In this document: positions 10,291-20,277 of the stretch, piece after piece
Layout of the letters: every line of letters starts with the position of its first letter
Numbering within the stretch: the first letter of the stretch is position 1
From: Acidobacteriota bacterium
GTDB lineage: Bacteria; Acidobacteriota; Blastocatellia; UBA7656
Assembly: GCA_016201275.1 (NCBI GenBank)
Contig: JACQDB010000020.1
Coordinates: 1,443 to 65,442 of the forward strand
DNA length: 64,000 nucleotides
Direction of reading: 5' to 3'
Made by a program: the position numbers and the translations under genes
Notes under the pieces: model-generated
What the model saw: the letters and a program-made list of their open reading frames with translations, nothing else
Database searches by the model: none
What the model was told of the DNA's origin: nothing

Positions 10291-10658
10291 GTAACTACCC
10301 GGCCTAGAGCGGTTTTCATTGGGTGTACGGAACCCCCTATCGTTGAGCAGCGGTCTTCGACCGCGCGAAGGTCTTCGACCGCCGCTCAACGGGTTTGAGG
10401 TTTCCGTAATCTCAAACCAAAACCGCTCTAGTTGTGAGAGTTGAATGCTGTGCGGATGTGCCGCTTTGAGGTGCGGAGAGTCTATGACTCTGCGTTAGGC
10501 TGGTTCTCCTTTTTTGCGGCTGCGCCGCACCGGAGGCTGCGCCTCAGAAAAGCTTGGAGGGCGGCGTAGCTGCGAGAGTGGGGAGCATAGCTTACGGAAA
10601 GGCGTAGTCTCTCCGCATATCAAAGCGGCACAGCCGCAAGCACTGGCTGGGTCGTTAC
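10291..10658. mobile_element. MITE with 14-bp TIRs and 8-bp target duplication, carrying a nested second MITE
   Basis: TIRs GTAACTACCCGGCC / GGCTGGGTCGTTAC (12/14); AATGCAAC duplicated at 10283-10290 and 10659-10666; internal IR GTGCCGCTTTGA / TCAAAGCGGCAC. Confidence 0.85.
10307..10428. mobile_element. 122-bp TA-targeting MITE (copy 1)
   Basis: TA-GAGCGGTTTT...AAAACCGCTC-TA; closely similar inverted copy at 46575-46695. Confidence 0.88.
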
Positions 10659-10681
10659 AATGCAACACCATATAACTTCGC

Positions 10682-11482
10682 TCAGTTTTTCTTTTTAATG
10701 CGCTCTTTCATTGGCTCTATCAGTTGTAACAGCCTCAAAGGAATTACTGATGGGTCTATCTTTTCATCCGTAATAACCATTTCTCCCATTGTCGTGGCAA
10801 CCTCTAAAGCAACCGCTAAACTCAGGATTGAGGTCGAATTAAGTTTTACCTTTTCTAACCTTGTGACCTGAAAGCCTGGCGAGGATATTTCAATTTGATA
10901 AGTCCCTTGCGGGAGTGAATCAAATTGAAAAGTCCCTCTATCTCCAGTAAAAGAGGTGTATTCAATTTTGGTAATTTCATTGATGGCGCGAATCTTTGCG
11001 CCCACGATGACGGCTTCGTTCATATCGAACACAGTGCCTTTCAGCGTCGCTGGCATGACTGGCGGGTTTACCTCAGCAGCAGTTCGATCCTTTGTTTCTG
11101 GCGAAGCAATGCGAATCGTTTGCGAGCCATTTGTTGATCGAGAGTTTGCTACAACCGGACTGCTGAGGCTCAAGGCTGCGGTCACGACGGCGCTGGCAAT
11201 TTTTGAGGCACGCAGAGGAATTAAATTTAACCCCATAGATCGCGTAGCCGTTACCACCCTGCCATCCGCATCTCGAATGATTCGGGCGCAAACTCTGCCG
11301 CCGGTTTCCTTCAATAGTGCCTCAACCTCGACCCTTGTCATTGCCGAAAAGTTATACACCCGCTTTTGGCATTCAACGCAAAACCGGCTTCTCTCATCAC
11401 CGGCCATGCTCTCCCAATCGTTCGCGCAGGACTTGGCGATTTGCGCGGCGTCAAGATTGATGTTCCCTCTTTTCAATTGCAA
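10682..11482 (-). CDS. Carboxypeptidase-regulatory-like domain protein with N-terminal Cys motif
   Basis: C-x3-W-x2-M-x-G...RFC-x2-C motif, a hydrophobic segment, then GTVFD..GA..TGDRGTF..LPQGTY..PGF. Confidence 0.75.
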   Translation of the reverse strand: MQLKRGNINLDAAQIAKSCANDWESMAGDERSRFCVECQKRVYNFSAMTRVEVEALLKETGGRVCARIIRDADGRVVTATRSMGLNLIPLRASKIASAVVTAALSLSSPVVANSRSTNGSQTIRIASPETKDRTAAEVNPPVMPATLKGTVFDMNEAVIVGAKIRAINEITKIEYTSFTGDRGTFQFDSLPQGTYQIEISSPGFQVTRLEKVKLNSTSILSLAVALEVATTMGEMVITDEKIDPSVIPLRLLQLIEPMKERIKKKN

Positions 11483-11504
11483 TCCTCCGCGAACAATGGC
11501 CGAT

Positions 11505-13715
11505 TCAAATCACTCGATAAACTTTGCCTTTGTACACCACGACAACTTTTTTACCGAGTGAAAAGTATTCGGCAAGCTTAGGTTCTTTGACAATCAGATT
11601 GAAAAATTCATCGCTGCCGAATTGCAGTTCAACCTTGGGCAAGGTCAGCGTCTCTTTGAATTCGGTGTCCCTCCACACTTCGTTTTTCAGTTGAAAAGTT
11701 TTATCGCCCACCGCACGAATTGTCGTCACATCCGATTCGCTGACCTTGTCGGATTCCTTCATCTCTTTTTCCGCCTTGCTGTAGGCCACCGCAGAATCGC
11801 CGTAGGTTCTTCCATTCACAGGTAAACTACTAACACTTTGGTTCACGCCTGCTCCTACTCCGCCACTCACTCCCGGCGCAGCCTGCGCCATGCTGTCCAT
11901 AGCCCTGCGGCGTTCGGGCGACATATTCTGCATAGAGACGCGATTGTTGTCTTCGGTCACCAGATAAGAAGTGTAAGGTGTGACGATGCCAAAGCGCGTG
12001 CCTAGCGCGACAATTTCATCTTTCAATTCCCGATTCTCGCCGTTCAAACGAATCTGTTCGAGCAAGTAGCCGACGCGCCGCGTCGCCCACAATCTAGGCA
12101 AAAATTGATTGTCGGTCTTTTCGTGCGGAAAACTTTGATTGGCAAACGTGAAGGTCTGTTCGCGGCTTCCCATCTTGCCGGTCAATCTAACGGTCGCAGC
12201 GTTCAGCGAATTTTTATAACGCCCAACCAGAACCAACTGCGAATTCTTGAACAGATCGCCGATGCTTCGCGGATAAATCAAATCGGCTTCGACGCCGCCG
12301 AAATCCACCTTCAAATCGGACAACACCGGATAATTGACCCGCGCAAAAAAGTTCGACACTTTGACTTCAAGGTCTTCCTGCGGCTCTATGTAATCGCTGG
12401 TGCCGCGATTGTCCGCCGACAATTTGTCGAGCAGATTGGTGTTCACATCATAACCGACGCCAAACGAAAACAGCCGCACTTTGGCACGATTGGTCTCCGT
12501 GACATTTTTGATAATCTGTTTCGTGTCCGTCGTGCCTACGGTTGGCAAACCATCGGTTAAAAAAACAATCATCGCCGGGCGGTCGCTCGATTGAAATTGT
12601 TTGAAGGCGGCCACCAAGGCGTCATTGATATTGGTTCCCCCTTCGGCTCTGAGGTCTTCAATAAATTTCTGACCAACTCGCTTTCCCTCAGAACTGGCTT
12701 CTATCAGTGTGCCTTTCATCAAATGCTCTTCGCCGGAAAACGATACGATGTTGAAGCGATCACGCGGCGACAGCGAATCCACGCCGAATTTCAAAGCGGC
12801 GCGGGCTTTCTCTATCTTGTCGCCGCTCATCGAACCCGAAGTGTCCAGCACAAAAACAATGTCTTTGGCGACGCGCTCTTGTTCGCCGATATTCGTTTTG
12901 GGCGAAATCAGCATCAGAAAATAGCCGTCCTTGCCCGGCTCTCTATGAGTCAACAAAGACAAGCCAAAATCTTTTTCCGACAGCGAATAATAGAGGAGAA
13001 AATCTTTCTGGGTGTCTTCGCCTTTGCCCTCAAAGCTCAAACGGGCGCGGCGTTCGCCATCTTTCGACAGGGAAATTTTATGCGATGGTGAATAAATATT
13101 TTTCAAATCAATCGGCGAATTAATCTCTATGCTGGCGGCAATCTCTTTGCTCGGTTGCTGTTGAATGCGTCGCCCGGAGCCGAGTTCATAACGATAGCTC
13201 ACCGTGCCGCCTTCGTTCTTCAACACCTGCGAGTAGATGAGTTCAAGCTTTTTCGTGCTGCGCGGTTCGATGGGAAAAACACTGGCTTGAAATAAATCTT
13301 TGCCGACGTATTCGAGCAAGCCCGGGTCAATTTGTCGGCGCACGATTTCATTATAGATTTGTCGCGCTTTGGCCTTCTCCATCACTTCGCCGGACATTCG
13401 TTTGTCGCCGTCATAGATAGCGAAATCCGACAGCGTAGCGCTTTCCGGTATAGGGAAAAAGTAGGAACCTTCTAGGCGATAGGGCGTGTCGTTTTCAAAC
13501 ACCTGCTCGACTTTGGTGATGGCGACTTGGGAATCAATTTTCGTAGTGATTTTTACGGATTTGACGGTGAGAACGCGAGGCATCGGCACAGGTCTCGGCG
13601 GATGAGGAAGCGGCGGACAGCGATGACATTCATCAGGAATAATCACCCCTTGCCCGTAGGCCGCGCCACCAAAAAACAGCAATAGAGCAAGCAGCCCAAG
13701 CGTTCTGATTTTCAT
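11505..13715 (-). CDS. Secreted VIT + vWA domain protein (inter-alpha-trypsin inhibitor-like)
   Basis: Signal peptide, VIT motifs (EQVFEN, DPGLLE), MIDAS DTSGS, LTDG, LWA..R, IVTPYTS. Confidence 0.9.
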   Translation of the reverse strand: MKIRTLGLLALLLFFGGAAYGQGVIIPDECHRCPPLPHPPRPVPMPRVLTVKSVKITTKIDSQVAITKVEQVFENDTPYRLEGSYFFPIPESATLSDFAIYDGDKRMSGEVMEKAKARQIYNEIVRRQIDPGLLEYVGKDLFQASVFPIEPRSTKKLELIYSQVLKNEGGTVSYRYELGSGRRIQQQPSKEIAASIEINSPIDLKNIYSPSHKISLSKDGERRARLSFEGKGEDTQKDFLLYYSLSEKDFGLSLLTHREPGKDGYFLMLISPKTNIGEQERVAKDIVFVLDTSGSMSGDKIEKARAALKFGVDSLSPRDRFNIVSFSGEEHLMKGTLIEASSEGKRVGQKFIEDLRAEGGTNINDALVAAFKQFQSSDRPAMIVFLTDGLPTVGTTDTKQIIKNVTETNRAKVRLFSFGVGYDVNTNLLDKLSADNRGTSDYIEPQEDLEVKVSNFFARVNYPVLSDLKVDFGGVEADLIYPRSIGDLFKNSQLVLVGRYKNSLNAATVRLTGKMGSREQTFTFANQSFPHEKTDNQFLPRLWATRRVGYLLEQIRLNGENRELKDEIVALGTRFGIVTPYTSYLVTEDNNRVSMQNMSPERRRAMDSMAQAAPGVSGGVGAGVNQSVSSLPVNGRTYGDSAVAYSKAEKEMKESDKVSESDVTTIRAVGDKTFQLKNEVWRDTEFKETLTLPKVELQFGSDEFFNLIVKEPKLAEYFSLGKKVVVVYKGKVYRVI

Positions 13716-13887
13716 TGCATTTCTCTCCTGAACAAAGCTAAAGCGGGTGACTCAAAAAATTATCGCTAACATTCCAGCCCGTGCTCTGGTTGAGTCCCCC
13801 GCTACTTGTTTGAACGCCGATGGTTTCTATCCTTGCCAATTTTTTTTCATCTCTGATATTTTTCCAAACAAGTTGGGCTGACAACCT

Positions 13888-14772
13888 CTACTTGGCCGAA
13901 TTTACCCAGGCGGTGTACCAGAGATTGGCGAGCATCTGCGAACCAGCGGCCAGACGTTTGGCGACGAACTGTTTGGCTTCGGGGCTGCGATTGCGGTCGT
14001 CCCAACGAACGGTCTTGTCCATCTGATAGAGCGGCACAACCAGACGATTGGATTCAAATAAAAAATTCATGGTATCGGCAAACGGATCATTCAACTTTGT
14101 CGCGGTGTTGACCAGGCCGCTGAAATCTTCGGCCTTGAATTGGGCTTTCACATACTCGCCTTCAAAACGCCAGTGCAAAGGCTCACGCGTGAAGTTGTCG
14201 GGATTGGCACTGCCGCTCCAGCCATTGTAATGATTGGTCGCGTGCAATGGTTGTGAACCGTCAGCAACAAAATGCCCCAGCACACCGGCGTAATAAATAA
14301 TGTTCTGTTCAATCTGCGCCTTCTCTTCCACTGCTTGGGTGTTGCGCCAGAGTCGGAATAACACCTGCACCTTCTCGTAACCTTCGAGAATCGAATAAGG
14401 CAAATAGCCAATGTCTTTGGGGTCTTTGCCCTGTGCGCGCAGCCACTCACCATACTTGTAGCGGTCATTGGGCAGGTCGGCAAAATTTTCTGGCTTATCA
14501 ATATCTAAGAAATGGTCAGGCGCGTTGACTTCACGCAACGCTGAAAACAGTTCTTTGTTATCGCGCCAGCGGTCTGGCTCCGGCCCTAAAAATTCCAATC
14601 GAGCCACAGCATTTTTGAAAAAGGCAGGCATATCGTCCGGCATCTTTTGCGCCGCTACACGGTTGACGAAACGATGGCCTTCTTCGCCCCAAGCGAAGAC
14701 CGCAGGGGATGGCGCAAGCGCAACCATTCCGACCAGTAGAAAAAGAGCGGTAGTTTTGGTGTACATTTTCAT
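13888..14772 (-). CDS. S1/P1 nuclease / zinc-dependent phospholipase C family
   Basis: Signal peptide then WGEEGH; PD.WR, HFLD, HFVADGSQPLH, H..FE. Confidence 0.88.
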   Translation of the reverse strand: MKMYTKTTALFLLVGMVALAPSPAVFAWGEEGHRFVNRVAAQKMPDDMPAFFKNAVARLEFLGPEPDRWRDNKELFSALREVNAPDHFLDIDKPENFADLPNDRYKYGEWLRAQGKDPKDIGYLPYSILEGYEKVQVLFRLWRNTQAVEEKAQIEQNIIYYAGVLGHFVADGSQPLHATNHYNGWSGSANPDNFTREPLHWRFEGEYVKAQFKAEDFSGLVNTATKLNDPFADTMNFLFESNRLVVPLYQMDKTVRWDDRNRSPEAKQFVAKRLAAGSQMLANLWYTAWVNSAK

Positions 14773-14874
14773 GAAATATCCTCTGTTGATGTTGGCATTG
14801 AAAAGTTGGATTGTATAAGCAATCGTCCGGGTTTGCGAATCCTCGTCTGCATAGAAAGCCCTCAGCGATACGGC

Positions 14875-15693
14875 TCAATCCAGACCCTCGTCTTCGACGG
14901 TTGTCTTAAAGAGATTCGCAGTCAGCGCTTTGAAATAGAGGCTATAGAGCAAAACCAGCATCGTCATTCCGGTCATAAAGCCGACCACGATTTGCACCGT
15001 GAATTCCTGAATGGCGCGAAATCCCCGGAAATAGGTCGAGGTGTAGAGTCCCAGCAAGAGCGCATAAAACAGCGACAGAGAAATCAAACTGAGAATGATG
15101 CGCCTTTTCTCTGCCCCCGACAGGAACCCTTTCACTGCGGCCTTTCGCGGAGGTTGATTTTGCACCCACTGCATAGACCAATAGCCGACCACGCCCAACC
15201 CGATCAGGCTGCTGAGGTGTTGCAGAATTTTGTACAGCCTCACCTCGTGGGTTGAAAAGCGAAGCACCGTTTGCCGCAAAATCGCCCACCGCTCAACGCT
15301 CCAGCCATGTTCATGAGTAAACGAATCCCAGACAATATGAGTGAACGCGCCCACAAGTATGGCAAGGCAAATCCAGCCGAGACGACGAGGCGGCAAAAAA
15401 GCAAACTGTAGCGTCCGTGCCTCAAGCCGTTGCAGCACGCGCTCAGGCAAAAGCTGTACGACAGACTCTTTGACCAGGTAATGAAAGACCAGCAGTGCCA
15501 GCAGACCGAGCGGCAGGCAGAATAAAAACAGACCTTCAATTGAGTGACTGAAAGTTCGGGTTTGAATATCGGGGAAAAAGTAGCGGAAGTCAGGCGAAAA
15601 ACTGCCCATCAAAAGTGCCGAGAGCGGCAGATAATTTTCGATTTTTTTCGCAACCGGAAGCACCGCCGCAGCGTGCGACAACGTAAATGGCAT
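14875..15693 (-). CDS. DUF4184 family membrane protein
   Basis: MPFTLSHAAAVLP, GSFSPD, THIVWDSFTH, LQHLSS. Confidence 0.88.
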   Translation of the reverse strand: MPFTLSHAAAVLPVAKKIENYLPLSALLMGSFSPDFRYFFPDIQTRTFSHSIEGLFLFCLPLGLLALLVFHYLVKESVVQLLPERVLQRLEARTLQFAFLPPRRLGWICLAILVGAFTHIVWDSFTHEHGWSVERWAILRQTVLRFSTHEVRLYKILQHLSSLIGLGVVGYWSMQWVQNQPPRKAAVKGFLSGAEKRRIILSLISLSLFYALLLGLYTSTYFRGFRAIQEFTVQIVVGFMTGMTMLVLLYSLYFKALTANLFKTTVEDEGLD

Positions 15694-15803
15694 TCGACAA
15701 TTTCCTTTACAACAACGGCTATCGGACAAGTCCCCAATATCTTCTTTCGCCTTACAGATCAACAGCGGCAGCGGTTCCGGCACAACGCACAACGATCATA
15801 ATT

Positions 15804-16190
15804 TTAAGGCGGTGTCTGTATGACACACGGTTGATCTGAATCATAAAAGCCTGGACTGATATGAATTTCCTTTTTCTCAAAAGTAATGGTGTTGAAGGCG
15901 TCGCCTAAAGTGTCGTCAAAATCACTGTCGTAGAAAATCGTCTTTGCATATAACAGCTTGCCGTTTCTATCATAGATTTTGGCTATCGCGCCCATTCTAG
16001 GAAAGAACGGACGTGGACTCAGTCTTTTTTGAAAGACCATTACTGTCAAGTCACCGTTCGGGCTTATGGCTGAGGCGCGAAGTCGTGGAATATAATCTAG
16101 CAAACCCGTCACCACAACCAAACTAACGACCGCCCCAATCAGACAGAAGTAAAATATTACCAGTCTGGTTTTGCCAGTGATTCGATTCAT
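15804..16190 (-). CDS. Hypothetical membrane-anchored protein
   Basis: 128-aa ORF, N-terminal TM segment, AT-richer than neighbours. Confidence 0.6.
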   Translation of the reverse strand: MNRITGKTRLVIFYFCLIGAVVSLVVVTGLLDYIPRLRASAISPNGDLTVMVFQKRLSPRPFFPRMGAIAKIYDRNGKLLYAKTIFYDSDFDDTLGDAFNTITFEKKEIHISPGFYDSDQPCVIQTPP

Positions 16191-16283
16191 AGCCTTATAG
16201 TCTCAATCAAAATTTGGAACCATTTGCCCACGCTAAAATATATTCTCAATACAGAGTGGCCTTTTGCTTACCAAACGTAAGCC

Positions 16284-17696
16284 TCAATCTTCGGTGTGCT
16301 GGTCGCCATCGAAGTGCATCACCAACGGTTCATCGTCCACTACGGTCTCCAAATGCACATCGCGTCCCCACAACTTGAAAACATATTCCATGGTTTTGTG
16401 AGCGTACTTCATATCCAGTTCGACGCCCTCAAAGCGATGCCGCAGATACAACTCTCGATTGCGGTCATAATCGCCATCCATTACTTCTATGTAAGGAAAA
16501 CCGAAATTGGTCATGTTGGCAACCAGTTGATCGCGGACTTTTTCCCAACGCTTTTCGGTGATCGTCCACTCTTCTTCATCCACCAACTCGTAAACGAACA
16601 AGTCCAACTCTTCGCATAACTCTTCGGTCAGATAATTTCTGAGGAAAGAAATATCATTATCCATTTCGCGCACTTCAAATAATTTCTGTCGCCCTTCGCC
16701 GCCGACCCGGCCATATTTTTCGCGCTCTTCCTTTGTGGGATTGTCCCAGCGTCGCTCAATATCTTCAAAGATTTTATACCCCAGATAATACGGGTTGAGT
16801 TGCCCTTTATGCGGCGAGACGACCCCGGCGTGAAGTTCGGCAAATTCCAGATGATCGGCGGTAGGCAAATCCATTTCCCGCATGATACGTGAATGCCAGA
16901 ACGATGCGAATCCTTCATTCATGATCTTGGTCTGCATTTGCGGCACGAAGTATTCCATCTCTTCGTGCAGCATGGTCATGACTTCGCGCTGCCAGTCCTT
17001 GAGAATCGGCGAATGCTTCATGAGGTAATAGACCAAATCTTTTTCTGGCACTTCTTTGTTGAGCGGTTCGGCAAATGGATCAATGATGGCCTTGCCCAAT
17101 TCCGCATCGCTCATCAAATCGTCATAGCGGCCTTCGACTTTCGATGGCTTCTTTTCATCCTTTCGGTCTGGTTCGCGGTGCGATTTTCGTATGAAGAAAT
17201 TCGGGTCAATGTGTTCTTCGATGGAGAGGACGGCATCGAGAAATTCCTCTACGACTTTGCGCCCATAAGTAAATTCGTATTCCGCCATGCGGCGAGCGTG
17301 CAGCGCCGCTTCGTCAATCATGCGGCGATTGGTGTGCGAAAAATAGGCGTTGTTCTTGAAGAAATCTACATGGCCGAGAACGTGCGCGATGACCAGTTCG
17401 TTTTGTATCGGCGAATTGGTTTCCAATAAAAACGCATACGAAGGATTCGAGTTGATGACCACTTCATAAATCTTTGACAAACCAAAGTCATACATCATCT
17501 TCATGCGATTGTAGGCTTTGCCAAACGTCCAATGCGAATAACGCCCCGGCAAAGCATACGAGCCGACTTCGTACATCACAGTTGCCGGAACGATTTCAAA
17601 GCGCACAGGAAACGGATCGAGGCCGAATTTATTGGTCGCTATGTCCCAAATCTGCTCGACCGCTTTTTCCAGTTCTCTGACTTCTTTATCAACCAT
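16284..17696 (-). CDS. spoVR: SpoVR family protein
   Basis: [50 protein letters not shown]. Confidence 0.95.
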   Translation of the reverse strand: MVDKEVRELEKAVEQIWDIATNKFGLDPFPVRFEIVPATVMYEVGSYALPGRYSHWTFGKAYNRMKMMYDFGLSKIYEVVINSNPSYAFLLETNSPIQNELVIAHVLGHVDFFKNNAYFSHTNRRMIDEAALHARRMAEYEFTYGRKVVEEFLDAVLSIEEHIDPNFFIRKSHREPDRKDEKKPSKVEGRYDDLMSDAELGKAIIDPFAEPLNKEVPEKDLVYYLMKHSPILKDWQREVMTMLHEEMEYFVPQMQTKIMNEGFASFWHSRIMREMDLPTADHLEFAELHAGVVSPHKGQLNPYYLGYKIFEDIERRWDNPTKEEREKYGRVGGEGRQKLFEVREMDNDISFLRNYLTEELCEELDLFVYELVDEEEWTITEKRWEKVRDQLVANMTNFGFPYIEVMDGDYDRNRELYLRHRFEGVELDMKYAHKTMEYVFKLWGRDVHLETVVDDEPLVMHFDGDQHTED

Positions 17697-17743
17697 AACT
17701 TTTCTTCTGCCGAGTAATCGAGGTTTCGCCTCTGGGTTGGTGG

Positions 17744-20200
17744 TTACACTTCTTCGCCGCGTTTGCCGAAAAATTCTTTCAAGGCCGGATAGACATCCTC
17801 TTTTTCATCTATGCGAACGCCTATGAAGCGGTCTTGATTTTTCAAGCGGTCTTTGAAGATGGAAAGCAATGCGCCCGACGAACGCCGATAACTCAACGCG
17901 CCTTCTTCGCCAATTTCGCCATAGCCGAACAGATTACAGGTCGAAATTAATTCGTCGGCCAGTTTGATCGCCTCGTCATTGTCCGAATAATAATTGTCAC
18001 CATCGGAAAAATGAAACGGATAGATGTTCCAGTCTTTCGGCAGAAAGCGCTCCGTTATTAGATCAAGCGCCAGTTTGTAAGCCGACGACACGACTGTGCC
18101 GCCCGATTCGCCTTGCGTGAAGAATTGTTCTTCAGTGACCTCTTTGGCTTCTGTGTGATGGCTGATGAAGACGATCTTCACCTGATCGTATTTGGTCCGC
18201 AAAAACCGCACCATCCAGAAATAAAACGAGCGTGCGATATATTTCTTGAATTCGCTCATGCTGTTGTGGCTCAGTATGCCGTCAACGATGTAGTTGTGAT
18301 GATCGGCAACTTCAAAATCATAAACCTGGACGACTTCTTCAGAACGGGAAATCCTTTTTATTTTCGACACCAGCAGTTGACGATCCAGGACTTCCTGAAC
18401 GGCTAGGAAATCTTTTTCACTCGCCTTTGCGTCACGCGTGATGGTTTGCAACTGGCTGTAGGACAACGCATGAGCCGTCGGCTGGTAATAACTGTAGGTG
18501 CGCGTAGTGTTGAAAAGATGACCAAATTCATTTCGCCAATCAAACGGCATGATGAATTTGCTTCGCATGGCATTGATACCGGCTTGTTGTCGTGTTACCA
18601 GTGTGTCCAGCTTGGCGGATTTTTCCCTGCACGCAAAACCAATCTCTTCTTTGAAGCGAATCGCATCTTTGGCGTGAAGCGACAGAGCATAATAAGTTCC
18701 CGCTTTGAGAGGTTTTTCACCTAGCCTGTGCTGCTTCTGAACAATCTGGGTTATGCGGGCGCGCATTCCCCAATACGAGAGCAGATGTTTGACCTGCTTG
18801 ACCAGCATTCGACTGGATGAATTCAGCATCACGCTATGATGCGCGACCGTCCCTTCGGCATCGAATAAGCCGCGTAAAAATGCGGCGCGAACCACAGGCG
18901 ATTCCCTGTAGATCGAGCTTTCGATGTAGCGTTGCGGAGAGCGACGAGTCAGCATTGGATAATCGGCGGCTAGCCGCCGCACCAATTCAACGCTGTTGAC
19001 ATTGAGGCGTTGCCGCGAATTTTCGCTCTTCTTCAGTTTGATAATCCCGCACTTTGCAAATGCCCTCTGGAAAAGCTCTTTGTACATTTCCAGCCGGTCG
19101 AGATTTTCATCGGAGATAGACAGATAGGTTCCGTAGCTGCCAGCCTTTTTGGGAATTCGCAAGTGACCATCACCCAACAAAACGCCCGTCAGATATGCCT
19201 GTTCTGCGGTCAAAGAGGATGGCAAAGATTCCTCACGCCCGGCAATCTTTCCCCACGAATTCACCAGAATCAGTTTATCGCCTTCTTCCAGTTCATCCGC
19301 CCGCTTTTCAACAATGCGATTACTGATTTCATGGTAAACAAAAAACCGATGCGCGTCGGTAGCCTGAAATCGTCCGTCTTCCGCTTCAATAATCAACGTG
19401 CGGTTCACCGGTTTGGTAAAGGTCTCCGAAACGCTTGAAGCAGTCTTTTGATAACTGTACAAATCAACGCAGGCGACCTCGTCACCCACGCTGATTTCGG
19501 AGATGTCTTTATAAGAACCGTCGGCCATTTCAATCAGGTGACCGGCGGTAAAGCAGCCGCTGACATCCATCATTGCGATTACGACGGCGTTGGATTCAAA
19601 GCGAATCTCTTCTTCCCAGGTCTTGTAGCGCAGGTCTTCTTTTTTGAAGGCTCCGAGTTCGGCTTTGCCTTTTTCTCTGGCCTGACGTTTGATGTTTTCT
19701 AAAATGCTGCGGCGTTTATCGAGGTTCGACATGATGCCGGTGCGGCGAATCTCTGTGAACTTCGTGGTCTTGGATTCCACCGCCTGCTTGGCTTTTTCTT
19801 CAAGGAAAGGCAGATGCAAATCTTCAAAAATCAACTTGGCGATTTCATCTATCTCGACATCGGCTTCGTAATAATCCTGCCCCGCCTGATCGCCGGCCTT
19901 GTCGCCGCGCCCAGGCCCCTGCCCTTGCTGACCTTCGCGGGCAATCACGTCGCCGACCTGAGTTTTGCCATCGCCCGTGCCTACCTGTTTTTTCTTGCGA
20001 TAATCAAAGCGGAATTTATATTCATCGAGCGAGCGTATCGGCACTTTGACGACTTTTTTGCCATCGGAAAGAATGATGGATTCATTCGAGACGATGGAGC
20101 CTAGGTTCTTCTTGATCGCCTCTTTGACACGCTCTTTATGACGTTCCTGATCAATTTGACCTTTGCGTTGCAGCGACCAATCATTGCGTTGTACAGACAT
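17744..20200 (-). CDS. yeaH: YeaH/YhbH (DUF444) vWA-like protein, intein-containing (387 aa after splicing)
   Basis: DQERH..VKEAIK, DLRYKTW, MDVSG|intein|SM, ESGGT..SSAY, FSDGDN; lies between prkA and spoVR. Confidence 0.93.
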   Translation of the reverse strand: MSVQRNDWSLQRKGQIDQERHKERVKEAIKKNLGSIVSNESIILSDGKKVVKVPIRSLDEYKFRFDYRKKKQVGTGDGKTQVGDVIAREGQQGQGPGRGDKAGDQAGQDYYEADVEIDEIAKLIFEDLHLPFLEEKAKQAVESKTTKFTEIRRTGIMSNLDKRRSILENIKRQAREKGKAELGAFKKEDLRYKTWEEEIRFESNAVVIAMMDVSGCFTAGHLIEMADGSYKDISEISVGDEVACVDLYSYQKTASSVSETFTKPVNRTLIIEAEDGRFQATDAHRFFVYHEISNRIVEKRADELEEGDKLILVNSWGKIAGREESLPSSLTAEQAYLTGVLLGDGHLRIPKKAGSYGTYLSISDENLDRLEMYKELFQRAFAKCGIIKLKKSENSRQRLNVNSVELVRRLAADYPMLTRRSPQRYIESSIYRESPVVRAAFLRGLFDAEGTVAHHSVMLNSSSRMLVKQVKHLLSYWGMRARITQIVQKQHRLGEKPLKAGTYYALSLHAKDAIRFKEEIGFACREKSAKLDTLVTRQQAGINAMRSKFIMPFDWRNEFGHLFNTTRTYSYYQPTAHALSYSQLQTITRDAKASEKDFLAVQEVLDRQLLVSKIKRISRSEEVVQVYDFEVADHHNYIVDGILSHNSMSEFKKYIARSFYFWMVRFLRTKYDQVKIVFISHHTEAKEVTEEQFFTQGESGGTVVSSAYKLALDLITERFLPKDWNIYPFHFSDGDNYYSDNDEAIKLADELISTCNLFGYGEIGEEGALSYRRSSGALLSIFKDRLKNQDRFIGVRIDEKEDVYPALKEFFGKRGEEV
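18263..19555 (-). mobile_element. 431-aa intein with LAGLIDADG homing endonuclease
   Basis: Block A CFTAGH, block B ATDAHRF, LAGLIDADG motifs LTGVLLGDG and [10 protein letters not shown], block F VYDFEV, block G SHN followed by Ser+1. Confidence 0.95.
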
Positions 20201-20277
20201 AACTTTTTCCTAAACCGAAGCCCGCACATTCACAGCGAATGCGCGGGCTTCAGAAAAAAACGCTCACCGCCCGTGGC

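Noticed and set aside
20217-20251. Terminator between prkA and yeaH
   Set aside because: The hairpin is real, but no U-tract follows it on the coding strand; more likely a stability or processing element.
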